Source: Candidatus Multivoradales bacterium (GTDB lineage: Bacteria > Acidobacteriota > Thermoanaerobaculia > Multivoradales > J023). From it: a DNA stretch of 64,000 nt. Position numbers and translations under genes: made by a program. Positions 1 through 10,587 of the stretch are shown in pieces. Location of the stretch: assembly GCA_965248925.1 (NCBI GenBank), contig CBDFLE010000006.1:4992001-5056000 (forward strand), written 5' to 3'. How positions within the stretch are numbered: position 1 is the first letter of the stretch; each line of letters opens with the position of its first letter. The notes under the pieces were generated by a model, which worked only from the letters and a program-made list of their open reading frames with translations, was not told where the DNA came from and ran no database searches.

Positions 1-69
1 AGATCCTGTTCAACTTGCCGAGCAGCGGTTCCCAGCGCCCTCGGTACTGACCACTGAGGAAGAATAGCC

Positions 70-585
70 ATGAACTCAAAAGACTTGCTGCGCCAGAATT
101 TAGAAGTAAACGGCAAACGCGTCCTCAACCTGCTGCAGACGATGCGCGAGCAACCCTTGACCTTCCCGACCCCCAACGGCGGCTGCCACCCGCTGTGGAT
201 TCTCGGCCATCTGGCCTACACTGAGAGCTACGTCGTCCGCACGGTGATGCTCGGCGAGCCCAATCCGTTGGCGGAGATGCAAGAGCAGTTCGGGAACGGC
301 TCGCAGCCAGTCGCCGACGCTTCGGTCTATCCCTCTTTCGACCCGCTGATAACCCGCTGTCGCGAAGTCCGCGACGCCACCTTGGCGACCCTTGAGTCGA
401 TGAGCGAAGAGGATCTCGATCAGCCCGGCCAGAAAGTACCAGAGCGCATGGCCCGCACATGGACCAGCTGCCGCAGCTGTTTGCAATTCACCGCCGACCA
501 TTGGTACATGCACTTCGGTCAGGTGCTCGACGCCCGCCGGGCCAGCCGTGGGGTGGGAGGTCGAGAAGATGAACTGCAACAGTGA
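70..585 (+). CDS. DinB/YfiT-like four-helix bundle protein
   Basis: RBS GAGGAG upstream; WILGHL and HWYMHFGQ give the His triad typical of the DinB superfamily. Confidence 0.8.
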   Translation: MNSKDLLRQNLEVNGKRVLNLLQTMREQPLTFPTPNGGCHPLWILGHLAYTESYVVRTVMLGEPNPLAEMQEQFGNGSQPVADASVYPSFDPLITRCREVRDATLATLESMSEEDLDQPGQKVPERMARTWTSCRSCLQFTADHWYMHFGQVLDARRASRGVGGREDELQQ

Positions 586-616
586 CTTAGTCCACTGCTT
601 TGTTTAGTCTTTTTGC

Positions 617-847
617 ATGACCCAGGTCAATATCCACGAAGCCAAGACTCATCTCTCGCGGTTGTTGAAGCGCGTTGTAGCTGGCGAAGAGATCGTGATC
701 GCCAAGGCTGGAATGCCGGTCGCTCGCTTGGTGGCGGTCGACAAGCGGCCGCACCGTGTCGTCGGGCAGGACGCCGGCCTGTTCGAGGTGCCCGAAGACT
801 TCAACGACCCGCTGCCCGAAACGGTGCTCGCGAGTTTCGAGGGATGA
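617..847 (+). CDS. Phd/YefM-family antitoxin
   Basis: VNIHEAKTHLSRLL...GEEIVIAKAGMPVARLV signature; ATGA overlap with the toxin gene. Confidence 0.9.
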   Translation: MTQVNIHEAKTHLSRLLKRVVAGEEIVIAKAGMPVARLVAVDKRPHRVVGQDAGLFEVPEDFNDPLPETVLASFEG

Positions 848-1236
848 GGATTCTGCTGGACACCCACTGCTGGCTCTAGATGCAGGTGTCGCCGCAGCGA
901 TTCTCCGCCGACGCACTGGCCCTGGTGGCCGACTCCGACCACGAGTTCTACTTGTCGGCGGCAAGCGCCTGGGAAATTGCCTTCAAGTGGACTCTGGGCA
1001 AGCTCCCCTTGCCTCAGCCGCCGGCGGAATACCTGCCGCGCTGCCTGGAGCGACAGGGCGTTCTGGGACTACCGCTTCAGCTTCGCCACGCCTTGCATGT
1101 GGCTAGTTTGCCACCCCACCACGGCGACCCTTTTGACCGACTTCTCGTGGCGCAGGCGCAGATCGAAGAACTCACTTTCCTCACCGCCGATCGCCAGTTG
1201 GGGGCCTACGAGGAAGTTGAAATCCTGTGGGCTTGA
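844..1236 (+). pseudogene. vapC: VapC/PIN toxin interrupted by in-frame TAG at 877-879
   Basis: MRILLDTHCWL*MQ...SAASAWEI...HGDPFDRLLVAQA...LTAD; TAG sits where Trp (TGG) is expected. Confidence 0.85.
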
Positions 1237-1239
1237 TAC

Positions 1240-2298
1240 TCAACGATCGTAATCCACCACCACCCACCCGCTCAGCGGCTCGGCTTGGCAGGTGAGGATG
1301 TAGCCGCGTTCGACGTCGTCGGGTTCGATGCCGTGGACGGTGTCCATCTTGACTTCGCCTTCGCGCAACAGGGCGCGGCAGGTGGCGCAGACGCCAGCGC
1401 GGCAGGAGTAGGGGGCGTCGCGGCGCACGCGGGCGACGGCGTCGAGGATGCGTTCGCCGGCTCGGACTTGTAAGTCGGTGGTGCGGCCGCCCAGGGTGAC
1501 GGTACCGCGAGCGATGACATCGGCATCTTCGGCAGCTTGGCGGCGAGGAGCTGGTTTGCCAGCGTAGAACAGCTCGCGGTGGATCTGGTCGTTGTCGGCA
1601 CCGGTGGCGGTGAGCACGGTGGTGACGTTTTCCACCAACTCCATCGGGCCGCAAGCGAAGTAATGATCGGCGTCTGGGGGCAAGATGCCGTGTTCTAGGA
1701 AGGCCTCTAGGCGTTCACGGTCGGGGCGGTCGGAGAGTAAAGGCAGCAGGGTGGGCTCGCGGGTGAAGACGTACCACAGCGATAGTCGGCCGAGATGGCG
1801 GTTGCGAAGCCCTTCGAGTTCATCGAGCAGCATGGTGCTGGCGGTGTTCTGGTTGATGTAAATCAGGCTCGCTCGTGAGTCGGGTTCGTGCTTCAGGATG
1901 GTGGATAAGATCGACAGAATCGGCGTAATGCCACTGCCGGCGGCGACTAGGCCATAGCTGCGGCTGCTGGCCGGCTCCAAGGTGTGGGTGAAGGAACCTG
2001 CGGGGGGCAGCACGTCGACTGAGTCGCCTGCTCTGAGCTGGTCATTGGCCCAGTTTGAGAACAGCCCCCCTGCGATGCGTTTGATGGCGACTCGCAAGGG
2101 ACCGTCCGGCGCCGGGCTGCACAGCGAGTAGCTGCGCCGGGCCTCTTGCTTGCCGAAGGAGCGGCGTAGGGTCAGATGCTGGCCATGGGCGAAGGTCCAG
2201 GGCTCACCAGCGGGTGGGTCGAAGGTCACCACCACGCTATCGTCGGTATCGCGGTGGGTCTCGGCGACCCGCAGGGCTTGAAATTTTCCGCTCGCCAT
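1240..2298 (-). CDS. paaE: phenylacetyl-CoA epoxidase reductase subunit (FAD/NAD-binding + 2Fe-2S)
   Basis: RRSYSLCS, AAGSGITP, ACGP, C-terminal CRAGVCATC...C; last gene of the paa operon; start placed at MASGKF. Confidence 0.9.
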   Translation of the reverse strand: MASGKFQALRVAETHRDTDDSVVVTFDPPAGEPWTFAHGQHLTLRRSFGKQEARRSYSLCSPAPDGPLRVAIKRIAGGLFSNWANDQLRAGDSVDVLPPAGSFTHTLEPASSRSYGLVAAGSGITPILSILSTILKHEPDSRASLIYINQNTASTMLLDELEGLRNRHLGRLSLWYVFTREPTLLPLLSDRPDRERLEAFLEHGILPPDADHYFACGPMELVENVTTVLTATGADNDQIHRELFYAGKPAPRRQAAEDADVIARGTVTLGGRTTDLQVRAGERILDAVARVRRDAPYSCRAGVCATCRALLREGEVKMDTVHGIEPDDVERGYILTCQAEPLSGWVVVDYDR

Positions 2299-2311
2299 CA
2301 GGGAAGCCTCC

Positions 2312-2797
2312 CTACAGGATCTTGAAACGCTCGAAGGGTTCTTTGCAGCTCTCGCACACACACGGCGCTTTGCAGGCCGTGCCACCGAAGCAGGAGATCT
2401 GGCGCACCTGCCGCGAACCGCAACGCGGGCAGGCGACGGTCTCAGCCGCCGCCTCGGCGCTGCCGCACTTGGCCGGAGGTGCAATGCCGGCCGCGGCCAG
2501 CTTTTCGCGACCTCTCTGGCTGATGTCGTCGCTCGACCAAGCTGGCGCCAATAGAAAACGAATCCGCGGCTGGTAACCGGCCGCCACCAAGCTGGCCTCG
2601 ACATCGGCGCGGATCTGCTCGGTTGCCGGGCAGCCGCTGTAGGTCGGAGTCAGATCGACCTCCACTTGCTGACCCTCGCAGCGCACCTCACGCACCATTC
2701 CCAGTTCGCCTATGGTGACCAGCGGCAACTCTGGATCGAGCACGTCTTCTACCAGGCGGACGGCTCGGGTGCGGAATGGCGCGGCGCTGTTGCTCAC
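2312..2797 (-). CDS. paaD: phenylacetyl-CoA epoxidase subunit PaaD
   Basis: DPELP, TPTYSGCPA, CPRCGS, CKA..C..CKEPFERFK; GTGA overlap with paaC. Confidence 0.9.
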   Translation of the reverse strand: MSNSAAPFRTRAVRLVEDVLDPELPLVTIGELGMVREVRCEGQQVEVDLTPTYSGCPATEQIRADVEASLVAAGYQPRIRFLLAPAWSSDDISQRGREKLAAAGIAPPAKCGSAEAAAETVACPRCGSRQVRQISCFGGTACKAPCVCESCKEPFERFKIL

Positions 2798-3567
2798 CAA
2801 CTGGCCCCAGGGTGGGCGCGGGCCACCACCTGCAACTCGCCGAGCAAGTACGACAGATGCTCACTGTGGAGGCCTCGCCGGCCGCCGGTGGCGGTGGCAG
2901 CGGTCTCGGGGATCCTCAAAGTGGCTTCTCTCATGGTGTCGGCGAGGGTCCGTCGCCAGGCTTGGCGGATCTCGGCCGGATCGGCTGCCACACCGGCGGC
3001 GATCAGCTGGACTTCGACCGAGTCGGTTTCGAACAGCTCGGTGTGATAGCGCCACAGCCAGTCGAAGGCTTCTTGGCAGCGGCGGTGGCTCTCCTCGGTG
3101 CCATCGCCGAGGCGCAGGATCCAGCCGCGGGCGTGGCGCAGATGGTAGCTCGATTCCTTGACCGCTTTGCCGGCGATCGCCGCCAAGGCCTGGTCGCGGC
3201 TGCTGGTCATCGCTTGCCAGTAGGGCAGGGCGAAGGCGTCGTGTAGCAGCTGGCGCACCATGGTGTGGGCGAAATCGCCATTGGGCTGCTCGACCAGCAG
3301 TGGATTCATGAACTCTTGGGCGCCACGTTGGTAAGCGTAGAAGTCCTCGTCGCGGTTGCTTCCGGGGGACTCTGAGTTTTCGATCTCGCTGGCGTATTGA
3401 TAGAGCAGCCTGGCTTGGCCGAGGAGGTCGAGGGCGATGTTGGTCAATGCCATCTCCTCTTCCAATTCGTGGGCGTGGGCGGTCCATTCGCCGAGGCGCT
3501 GCGAGAGCACCAGCAGGCGGTCGGCCTGGCGCAGGAGGTAGGTGAGGAGGGGCTGTGCTTGGCTCAT
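2794..3567 (-). CDS. paaC: phenylacetyl-CoA epoxidase subunit PaaC
   Basis: LEEEMALTNIALDLLGQAR, EQPNGDFAHT, RLGDGTEES, HPGASW. Confidence 0.95.
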   Translation of the reverse strand: MSQAQPLLTYLLRQADRLLVLSQRLGEWTAHAHELEEEMALTNIALDLLGQARLLYQYASEIENSESPGSNRDEDFYAYQRGAQEFMNPLLVEQPNGDFAHTMVRQLLHDAFALPYWQAMTSSRDQALAAIAGKAVKESSYHLRHARGWILRLGDGTEESHRRCQEAFDWLWRYHTELFETDSVEVQLIAAGVAADPAEIRQAWRRTLADTMREATLRIPETAATATGGRRGLHSEHLSYLLGELQVVARAHPGASW

Positions 3568-3586
3568 GGTGGTGCTACCTGCTCAG

Positions 3587-3877
3587 CTACATGTTGGAGA
3601 CTTCGTCTGGCAGCCGGTAGTCCGCGGCGTGGCGGTAGCTCTTGTCGGCGGCCGGATCGAAGAGTTCGTCGTGATTCTCCGGCTGTGAAGCGATGATGTG
3701 CGCGGAGCGCACCACCCACAGGCTCTCGCCCTCTTGGCGCCGGGTGAAGAGGTCGCGGGCGCCCTGCAGGGCAAGTTCGCCGTCGGCGGCGTGGACGGTG
3801 CCGACGTGACTGTGGCTGACTCCGCGATGGCTGCGGACGAAGACCTCCCAAGCAGGCTGGCCACTATCGCCGCTCAT
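3587..3877 (-). CDS. paaB: phenylacetyl-CoA epoxidase subunit PaaB
   Basis: WEVFVRS..G..H.HVG.VHAAD...A...ARD.FTRR.EG.SLWVV; ATGA overlap with paaA. Confidence 0.95.
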   Translation of the reverse strand: MSGDSGQPAWEVFVRSHRGVSHSHVGTVHAADGELALQGARDLFTRRQEGESLWVVRSAHIIASQPENHDELFDPAADKSYRHAADYRLPDEVSNM

Positions 3878-4830
3878 GCCGCCGCCCTTTCGCTGGCGCG
3901 TTTTTCGGCGTAGGCAGCGGCCGCATCTCGCACCCAAGCGCCATCGTCATGAGCTGCCACCCTGGTGCGCATACGTTCGGCGTTCAGCGGTCCGTCGCCC
4001 GCCACCACACGGGCAAACTCGTCCCAGTCGATGGCGCCGATCTGGTAGTGCCCGGAAGCTGAGTCAAGGCGCAGGTCGGCGTCCGGCACTTGCAAGTCGA
4101 GCAGCTCGGCTTGGGGCACCGTGGCGTCGACAAAGCGCTGTCGCAGCTCGTCGTTGGAGAAGCGCTTGATCTTCCACGCCATGCTCTGGCTGCTGTGGGT
4201 GGAGGCCGAGTCCGGCGGCCCGAACATCATTAGCGATGGCCACCACCAGCGGTCGAGGGCGTCTTGAGCCATCGCCTTCTGCGCCGCGCTACCGTTGGCC
4301 AAGGTGAGCATGATTTGGTAGCCCTGGCGTTGGTGGAAGCTCTCTTCCTTGCAGATCCGCACCATGGCGCGGGCGTAGGGGCCGAAGGAACACCGGCATA
4401 GCGGTACTTGATTCATGATCGCCGCCCCGTCCACCAACCAGCCGATAGCGCCGACATCGGCCCAGGTTAGGGTGGGGTAGTTGAAGATGCTGGAGTATTT
4501 CTGCCGCTGGCTGTGCAGCCGCTCCATCATTTCGTCGCGGCTGATGCCGAGGGTCTCAGCCGCGCCGTAAAGGTAGAGCCCGTGGCCGGCCTCGTCCTGC
4601 ACTTTGGCTATCAACACTGCCTTGCGCCGTAGCGAGGGCGCGCGGCTGATCCAGTTGCCCTCGGGTTGCATGCCGATGATTTCGGAGTGGGCGTGCTGGG
4701 CGATCTGGCGGATCAGGGTCTTGCGGTATCTCTCCGGCATCCAATCGTTGGGCTCGATCGACTGATCGGCGGCAATCAGGGAGTCGAAGCGGGCTTGCGC
4801 CGCGCTAGGCTGAGCGGTGGTGTCAGTCAT
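3874..4830 (-). CDS. paaA: phenylacetyl-CoA epoxidase catalytic subunit PaaA
   Basis: [37 protein letters not shown] di-iron motifs. Confidence 0.97.
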   Translation of the reverse strand: MTDTTAQPSAAQARFDSLIAADQSIEPNDWMPERYRKTLIRQIAQHAHSEIIGMQPEGNWISRAPSLRRKAVLIAKVQDEAGHGLYLYGAAETLGISRDEMMERLHSQRQKYSSIFNYPTLTWADVGAIGWLVDGAAIMNQVPLCRCSFGPYARAMVRICKEESFHQRQGYQIMLTLANGSAAQKAMAQDALDRWWWPSLMMFGPPDSASTHSSQSMAWKIKRFSNDELRQRFVDATVPQAELLDLQVPDADLRLDSASGHYQIGAIDWDEFARVVAGDGPLNAERMRTRVAAHDDGAWVRDAAAAYAEKRASERAAA

Positions 4831-6868
4831 CGAGATTCTCTCCTTCGTAATTGGCAACCATGGTCAGGACGTCGTAGGCGGCGACGATCTCGTCGTTCTG
4901 ATTTAACACCTGGGTGTCCCAGCGCACTTCGCCATAGCCGGCGCCCACCCGCAGCGATTTCTGCTTGCAAGTGAAGATCACTCGCAGTTCGTCGCCAGGG
5001 TAGGCCGGAGTGATGAAGCGCAGCTTCTCGAGGCCGGTGTTGGCCAGCACCGGCCCCGGATCGGGCCACACGAAGAGGCCGGCGGCGGCGGCCACCACGA
5101 AATAGCCGTGGGCGACCCGACCTTCGAAGATTGGGCTCTGCTTGGCGGCTTCCTCATCCATGTGGGCGTAGAAGCGGTCGCCGCTTAGGTCGGCGAAGCG
5201 CTCGATGTCTTCTAGCGTGATGCGTCGCGACTCGGTCTCGATCGAGTGGCCAATCTGCAACTCTTCGAAGTGAAGTTTGAAGGGGTGAGGGCCGTCGGTG
5301 TGGCGGCTGGCGCCGGTGATGTAGCGGCCGGTGACCGCCATCAGCGAGTCGGGCGAGCCCTGCACCGCGGTGCGTTGCATGTAATGCGTCACCCCGCGCA
5401 TACCGCCGAGTTCCTCGCCGCCGCCGGCGCGACCCGGCCCGCCGTGCACCATCTGCGGCAAGGGCGAGCCGTGTCCGGTGCTGGTTTTGGCGCAAGCCTG
5501 GCTGGCGACCAGCACCCGGCCGTGGTGGCAGGCGATGCCGAGGGTCAGCTCGACGCTCTCCTGGTTGGAGCTGGCGAACACCGAGGCCACCAGGCTGCCG
5601 CCGCCGAGGGCGGCCAGGTCGATGGCATCGTCGAGTGAGTCGTAGCCGATCAAGGTCGATACCGGTCCGAAAGCCTCGATCTGGTGCACTTCCGCGGCCC
5701 GCGGGTCGCGCGCGCGCAGCACGGTGGGGGCGACAAAGGCGCCGTGCTGGTGGTCGACCGCGCCAAAAATGTCGCGATCGGGAGACAACACCACGTCGGC
5801 GGCGTCGGTGATCGAGGCGATGGCCGCCGAGACCTCGTCCACTTGGTCGCGACTGGCTAGCGGCCCCATGTCGGTGCCCTTGATTCCCGGATCGCCCACC
5901 TGGACCCGTTCGAGCTTCATGGTCAAGGCATCACCGACTGCGTCGAGCAGGGAATTGGGGACGATGGCGCGGCGGATGGCGGTGCATTTCTGTCCCGCCT
6001 TGACGGTCATTTCCTGCACTACCTCTTGCACGAAGAGATCGAATTCGGCACTGCCAGGCGCTGCCGAAGGGGCCAAGATGGCGGCGTTGAGTGAGTCCGC
6101 CTCGGCATTGAAGCGTACCGAATTGGCGATCACCGCCGGGTGCTGGCGGAGCATCTGGGCGGTGGTCGCGGAGCCGGTGAAGGCGACCACGTCCTGCCCC
6201 CCTAGGTGGTCGAGCAGGTCGCCCGCGCTACCGCAGATCAACTGGATCGAGCCTGCTGGCAAGATCTCTGAGGCGATGATGTCGCGCACCATGGCCTCGG
6301 TCAGATAGGCGGTCTGGCTGGCCGGTTTGACAATCGCTGGCATGCCGGCAAGCAAGGTCGGAGCCAGTTTTTCGAGCATCCCCCAACAGGGGAAGTTGAA
6401 GGCGTTGATGTGCACCGCCACCCCCCGCCGCGGGGTGAGGATGTGCAAGCCCAAGAAACTGCCGTCGCGCGACAGCATGTCTGGCTCGCCGTCGACCCAC
6501 ACCTTGGTGTTGGGCAGCTCACGTCGGGCCTTGCTGGAGTAGGCGAAGAGCACGCCGATGCCCCCCTCGATGTCGATCCACGAATCGCGGCGGGTGGCGC
6601 CGGTGGCGGTCGACAGCTGGTACAGGGCAGCCTTGCGCTCCAGCAGGTACTTGGCCAGCGCCTTCAACGCCAAAGCCCGTTGATGGAAATTCTGCCGCCG
6701 CAGCGCCGGCCCACCGACCCGCTTGGCGTAGTCGACCGCGGCGGCGAAATCCACCCCGGAGGACGAAATATCCGCCACCGGCTCACCGGTCGCGGCATGG
6801 CGGAGGACCTTGCCGGGGTCTATCGGTGCCGTCCAGCGGCCGCCGACATAGCTTTCCAGAGTCTGCAT
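4823..6868 (-). CDS. paaZ: bifunctional oxepin-CoA hydrolase / aldehyde dehydrogenase
   Basis: ALDH domain ([20 protein letters not shown]) plus C-terminal MaoC domain ([16 protein letters not shown]); AGGAG before MQTLESY. Confidence 0.95.
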   Translation of the reverse strand: MQTLESYVGGRWTAPIDPGKVLRHAATGEPVADISSSGVDFAAAVDYAKRVGGPALRRQNFHQRALALKALAKYLLERKAALYQLSTATGATRRDSWIDIEGGIGVLFAYSSKARRELPNTKVWVDGEPDMLSRDGSFLGLHILTPRRGVAVHINAFNFPCWGMLEKLAPTLLAGMPAIVKPASQTAYLTEAMVRDIIASEILPAGSIQLICGSAGDLLDHLGGQDVVAFTGSATTAQMLRQHPAVIANSVRFNAEADSLNAAILAPSAAPGSAEFDLFVQEVVQEMTVKAGQKCTAIRRAIVPNSLLDAVGDALTMKLERVQVGDPGIKGTDMGPLASRDQVDEVSAAIASITDAADVVLSPDRDIFGAVDHQHGAFVAPTVLRARDPRAAEVHQIEAFGPVSTLIGYDSLDDAIDLAALGGGSLVASVFASSNQESVELTLGIACHHGRVLVASQACAKTSTGHGSPLPQMVHGGPGRAGGGEELGGMRGVTHYMQRTAVQGSPDSLMAVTGRYITGASRHTDGPHPFKLHFEELQIGHSIETESRRITLEDIERFADLSGDRFYAHMDEEAAKQSPIFEGRVAHGYFVVAAAAGLFVWPDPGPVLANTGLEKLRFITPAYPGDELRVIFTCKQKSLRVGAGYGEVRWDTQVLNQNDEIVAAYDVLTMVANYEGENLDD

Positions 6869-6992
6869 GCGGGTGTGCTCTCCTCGCGAATCAGGGGCTT
6901 GGGGTGTGACGGTCATGATACTCCATTCCTGGAGTCTGTTCCAGCTGCGTATCATGTTGTGCTGGCGTAGAATCGCGGCTTTGCGGGGTAAG

Positions 6993-7940
6993 ATGTTTAC
7001 TCAAATGGTCCTCAACGCTGGCAACCTCAATTCCACCGCGGCTTGTTGCGCTAACTGCGGCCGGCCGTTGGCCGACGACCGCTACTGTGGTGACTGCGGC
7101 CAGCGAGTGATCGACCATCGGCGACCGCTGCGGCATTTGCTGGGTGAGTTCCAAGATCAGGTCTTTGCTTTCGACGGGCGCAGTTGGCGTACTTTGGTGA
7201 TGTTGATCCGCCGCCCTGGCTTGCTGACCGCCGTGTACAACGCCGGCCGCCGGGTGCTCTTTGTGCCACCGCTGCGGCTCTACCTGCTGATCAGCTTCTT
7301 CTTCTTTCTCGCCATCCAGCTGACCGACCAGCAGATCGTCCAGTTCAGCAGCACGGTGGCTTTGGAAGACGCGGCAGAGGATGCGACGGCTGTGGCGGTG
7401 GAACCCGGTGACCCGGCCCTGCCCCAGGTGTCGAGCGCCAGGCCCGCGGAGCCAGCTACTGAGACCGAGGACGAATCACCTTTCTCGCGCTTCATCTCGA
7501 CTCGTCTCGAGCACGTCGAGCAGAGCTACGACGATCCGCAGGCCGAAATCAACGAGCTGGTCAGCCGGCGAGTACCACAGACCATGTTTTTCCTGGTGCC
7601 GATGATGGCACTGATTCTCAAGCTGGTTTATTTCCGCAGAGGCGTGTTCTACGTCGAGCACCTGATCTTCGCGGTGCATGCCCACGCGGCAATTTTCTTG
7701 GCCTTGCTGGTGGCGATCCTCCTCAACGTGGCGTTGGCGCCTTGGTGGGAGCAGTCGCGGCTGGTCGGATTGCCGATCATTCTGGCGATGACCGTGCACT
7801 TCTTCAAGAGCCTGCGCCGGGTCTACCAGCAGTCGCGGCTGATTTCGGCTCTCAAGTGGATAGTGATCGGAATCGCCTACGGCCTTTCCTTCTCGGTAGC
7901 CTTCCTCGGTGTCCTCCTGATCAGCCTGCTGTTGGTCTGA
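6993..7940 (+). CDS. DUF3667-like membrane protein
   Basis: CANCG...YCGDCGQ Zn ribbon, RPGLLT..YNAGRR..FVPPLRLYL, multiple C-terminal TM helices; start uncertain. Confidence 0.8.
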   Translation: MFTQMVLNAGNLNSTAACCANCGRPLADDRYCGDCGQRVIDHRRPLRHLLGEFQDQVFAFDGRSWRTLVMLIRRPGLLTAVYNAGRRVLFVPPLRLYLLISFFFFLAIQLTDQQIVQFSSTVALEDAAEDATAVAVEPGDPALPQVSSARPAEPATETEDESPFSRFISTRLEHVEQSYDDPQAEINELVSRRVPQTMFFLVPMMALILKLVYFRRGVFYVEHLIFAVHAHAAIFLALLVAILLNVALAPWWEQSRLVGLPIILAMTVHFFKSLRRVYQQSRLISALKWIVIGIAYGLSFSVAFLGVLLISLLLV

Positions 7941-7988
7941 CGTCCCAAGGTTGAACGGGCCAGTGGCGCTGTGACCTGATAGCTGCGC

Positions 7989-9929
7989 TCAGCCATCGGC
8001 GACGAAGAAGAACTCGCCTCCTTCGTCACCGGCGTCGGTGATCGGCGCCAACTGGGGATCCTGCTCGACGCCATAGCGGGCGGCGGCCGCGACGACGCTG
8101 GCGCCGAGCTCCGAGAATACGGTCGCGGTGGCCAGCACGCCGGGGTTTTCGCTCAACACGTCGAGCAGCGCGGCGGAGAAAACCGAGTGACCACCGCTGC
8201 CCTGATCGAGCACCGGACTAAGGCCGCCAGAAGTCAGCGCCAAGCGCGAGCGCCGTTCGAGGGCTTGTTCGATGGCATCGTCGTCTCGAGGAGCCTCCAG
8301 GATGCCAGCTGAAGGGTCGGTCAAGGCGCCGGCGTAGCACGAGTCGGCGATCACCAGCAGTTGTCGGGCGGCGCTTGCCTCCAGTACCGCGGAGATCTCG
8401 TAGCGGGTGGAAATCCAATTGGCGGTGCTGTCGATCTCGGCATCCACCGGCTGCCAGTAGCCGCTCTGGCTGCGTTCATCGAGCCAACCGTGGCCGGCGT
8501 AGTAAATCAACAGATTGTCGGTCCGGGTCAGACTCTGGGCGATATCGGTAATGGCGTTGAGAATCTGGCTGCGGGTAGCGTCGGTTAGCAGAGTGACTTG
8601 GAACCCGTATTTCTGCTCCAGTACTCGGGCGATCTCTCTGGCGTCGAAGACCGCGGTTTCGAGGGTTGGAAGATGCGCGTAGGCGTCGTTGCCGATGACC
8701 AGGGCGTGGTAAGTGCCGAAAGCGATTCCTGCCGGCACGCTGCTGGCGCTGGTGCTCGTCTTGGCCGCATTGGGGTTGAATAAGTCGGCCCGCCAAGCCA
8801 GCCCAGCGCCCAGGACGAGGAGCACAAGGGCAGCACCGAGCCACTTGGCGAGAGCGCCGCCTCTAGCTTGGTGGGTCACTGCCGGCCCGGTGGCGGGGTG
8901 GATGTCGGTCTGCTGCCGCGAAGTCAGGACGGTGGCGTCGGTGGTCGCCGCGTCGAAGGTAGCTGCGCCGGTGGTAGCTGTGGCTGGAAGCACGGTGGCG
9001 GCGGTCGATCCGCGCAACAAGACTGGCGCTGGATGAGCAGCAGGTAAGACGACCGGTAGCTCAGAGGTCTCTAACCCAGTGAGGGCGTTGGACAGCTCTT
9101 GGGCGCTTTGGAAGCGATCCTCGGGACGCTTGGCGAAGGCTCTCATCACCGTTGCTCGCAGCGGATCGGGGATCAGACCTTCGGGGTCCGATTCCGCGAA
9201 CGGCCGGGGTGGGTGAATCAAGTGGCCGGCGATCAGCGACATCTGGTCGCTGCCGACGATCGGAAACTGCCCGGTGAGCAGTTGGTAGAGCACCACGCCG
9301 AACGAGTAGAGATCGCTGCGCCCATCGACCCCGGCCTTCTGGTCGCCACCACCGAGCTGCTCGGGGGAGATATAACGCACCTTGCCGACGAACATGCCGG
9401 TGCGGGTCTTCCACTGGGTGTTGTCAAGTGGTTTGGCAATTCCCAGATCGATCAGCTTGACCAGCAGCTGGCCGTCGCTGTCGCGGGTGATCATGATGTT
9501 GTCGGGCGAAATATCGCGATGCACTATCTGCTGGCGATGCAAATAGCCAAGGGCGCTAAGGGTCTGGCGGCTGACCTCGATCACTTCTTCGATCGGCAGC
9601 GCGCCATCGCGCTCCAGCTGCTCGGCCAGGTTGAGGCCATCGATGAACTCCATCACTAGGTAAGCGGTGCCGTCCTCGGTGGTGCTGAAGTCGTAAATCG
9701 CGGCGACATTGGGATGGCGGAGCTTGGTCGCTACTCGGGCCTCGCGCAAGAAGCGGGCTTGCAGCTCGGGATCCTCGCGGAACTGTGAGCGGATCAGCTT
9801 GATCACCCGCACTTCGTCGAGCAGGATGTGGCGCACCTTGTAGATGGCCCCCATCCCACCCTCGCCCATCTTGTCGAGGATCTCGTATTTGCGGCGGATC
9901 TCCGCGACGCCGATCAGTTCATCGCTCAC
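7989..9929 (-). CDS. membrane Hanks-type Ser/Thr kinase with C-terminal caspase-like (peptidase C14) domain
   Basis: GEGGMG, VIK, HRDISPDN, DLG; Thr-rich linker; one TM (WLGAALVLLVLGAGLAW); C14 motifs ALVIGN, YYAGHG, ADSCYAG. Confidence 0.92.
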   Translation of the reverse strand: MSDELIGVAEIRRKYEILDKMGEGGMGAIYKVRHILLDEVRVIKLIRSQFREDPELQARFLREARVATKLRHPNVAAIYDFSTTEDGTAYLVMEFIDGLNLAEQLERDGALPIEEVIEVSRQTLSALGYLHRQQIVHRDISPDNIMITRDSDGQLLVKLIDLGIAKPLDNTQWKTRTGMFVGKVRYISPEQLGGGDQKAGVDGRSDLYSFGVVLYQLLTGQFPIVGSDQMSLIAGHLIHPPRPFAESDPEGLIPDPLRATVMRAFAKRPEDRFQSAQELSNALTGLETSELPVVLPAAHPAPVLLRGSTAATVLPATATTGAATFDAATTDATVLTSRQQTDIHPATGPAVTHQARGGALAKWLGAALVLLVLGAGLAWRADLFNPNAAKTSTSASSVPAGIAFGTYHALVIGNDAYAHLPTLETAVFDAREIARVLEQKYGFQVTLLTDATRSQILNAITDIAQSLTRTDNLLIYYAGHGWLDERSQSGYWQPVDAEIDSTANWISTRYEISAVLEASAARQLLVIADSCYAGALTDPSAGILEAPRDDDAIEQALERRSRLALTSGGLSPVLDQGSGGHSVFSAALLDVLSENPGVLATATVFSELGASVVAAAARYGVEQDPQLAPITDAGDEGGEFFFVADG

Positions 9930-9941
9930 CGCGGTAGTTTG

Positions 9942-10340
9942 TCAGACAATCGCCTGTCGGCGTACCTCTAGCGGTCGGTCGGCGTGGCGACGAGTGCCGG
10001 TGAGGTGCCATCCGCTTGGCCGCGGCTCCTGCAGGTCATATTGACTGGCGCGAGTCCAATTCGGCGCGGCGAAGCCACAGGGGTGACGGATGTTCAACTT
10101 GTTGTCCTGAAACTCAGGATTGTCCCAGGTGCATTCGATGCGAAAGCCGTCTTCAATGGCGACGAAGGAGGGGGTCGCGGAACGGGGCAGCCAGGTCTCA
10201 CAGGCGTCGTCCAGGTAGCGAACGTGGCCGATTCCCGCTGGCAGCGGGGCTTGCATGATCTGGCCACTGAACGGGCTCCAGCCAGTAACTGGTACCCAGG
10301 AGGTAAAAACCGGCGTCGCGCCCGGAGCGGCACGCAATGT
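9942..10340 (-). pseudogene. probable remnant of a secreted beta-helix/glycoside-hydrolase-like gene
   Basis: PVFTSWVPVTGW....IMQAPLP.G...RYL resembles the N-terminal part of such proteins; no convincing start or end. Confidence 0.25.
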
Positions 10341-10359
10341 GCTCTGATATCCTCTGTAC

Positions 10360-10587
10360 ATGGCGAAATCGAGGTTTCAAGAACAGGCTGCAAGGCGGCT
10401 GAACCTGTGCTTTGAGATGTTCGACTTCGGCGCGGACATGATGCAGCAGAAGCTTCGGCGAGATCATCCTGGGGCCACGGACGAGGAGATCCGAGTTCTT
10501 CTCTCGGCTTGGCTACACCACCGACCGGGAGCGGAACACGGTGATGGGCAAGGACGTCCGGGAGCCTGGCCGCGGTCGCCGAAATGA
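10360..10587 (+). CDS. MenA1 (Rv0078B)-like antitoxin
   Basis: AARRL.L.FEMFDFG..M....LRR.HP.A...EI.....AW...RPGAE.GD matches my recollection of M. tuberculosis MenA1; ATGA overlap with the toxin. Confidence 0.75.
   Translation: MAKSRFQEQAARRLNLCFEMFDFGADMMQQKLRRDHPGATDEEIRVLLSAWLHHRPGAEHGDGQGRPGAWPRSPK

Noticed and set aside
877-879. Genome-wide TAG reassignment or pyrrolysine
   Set aside because: Several intact genes end naturally at TAG (11156, 14458, 11505), and no other conserved gene in the window contains an internal TAG
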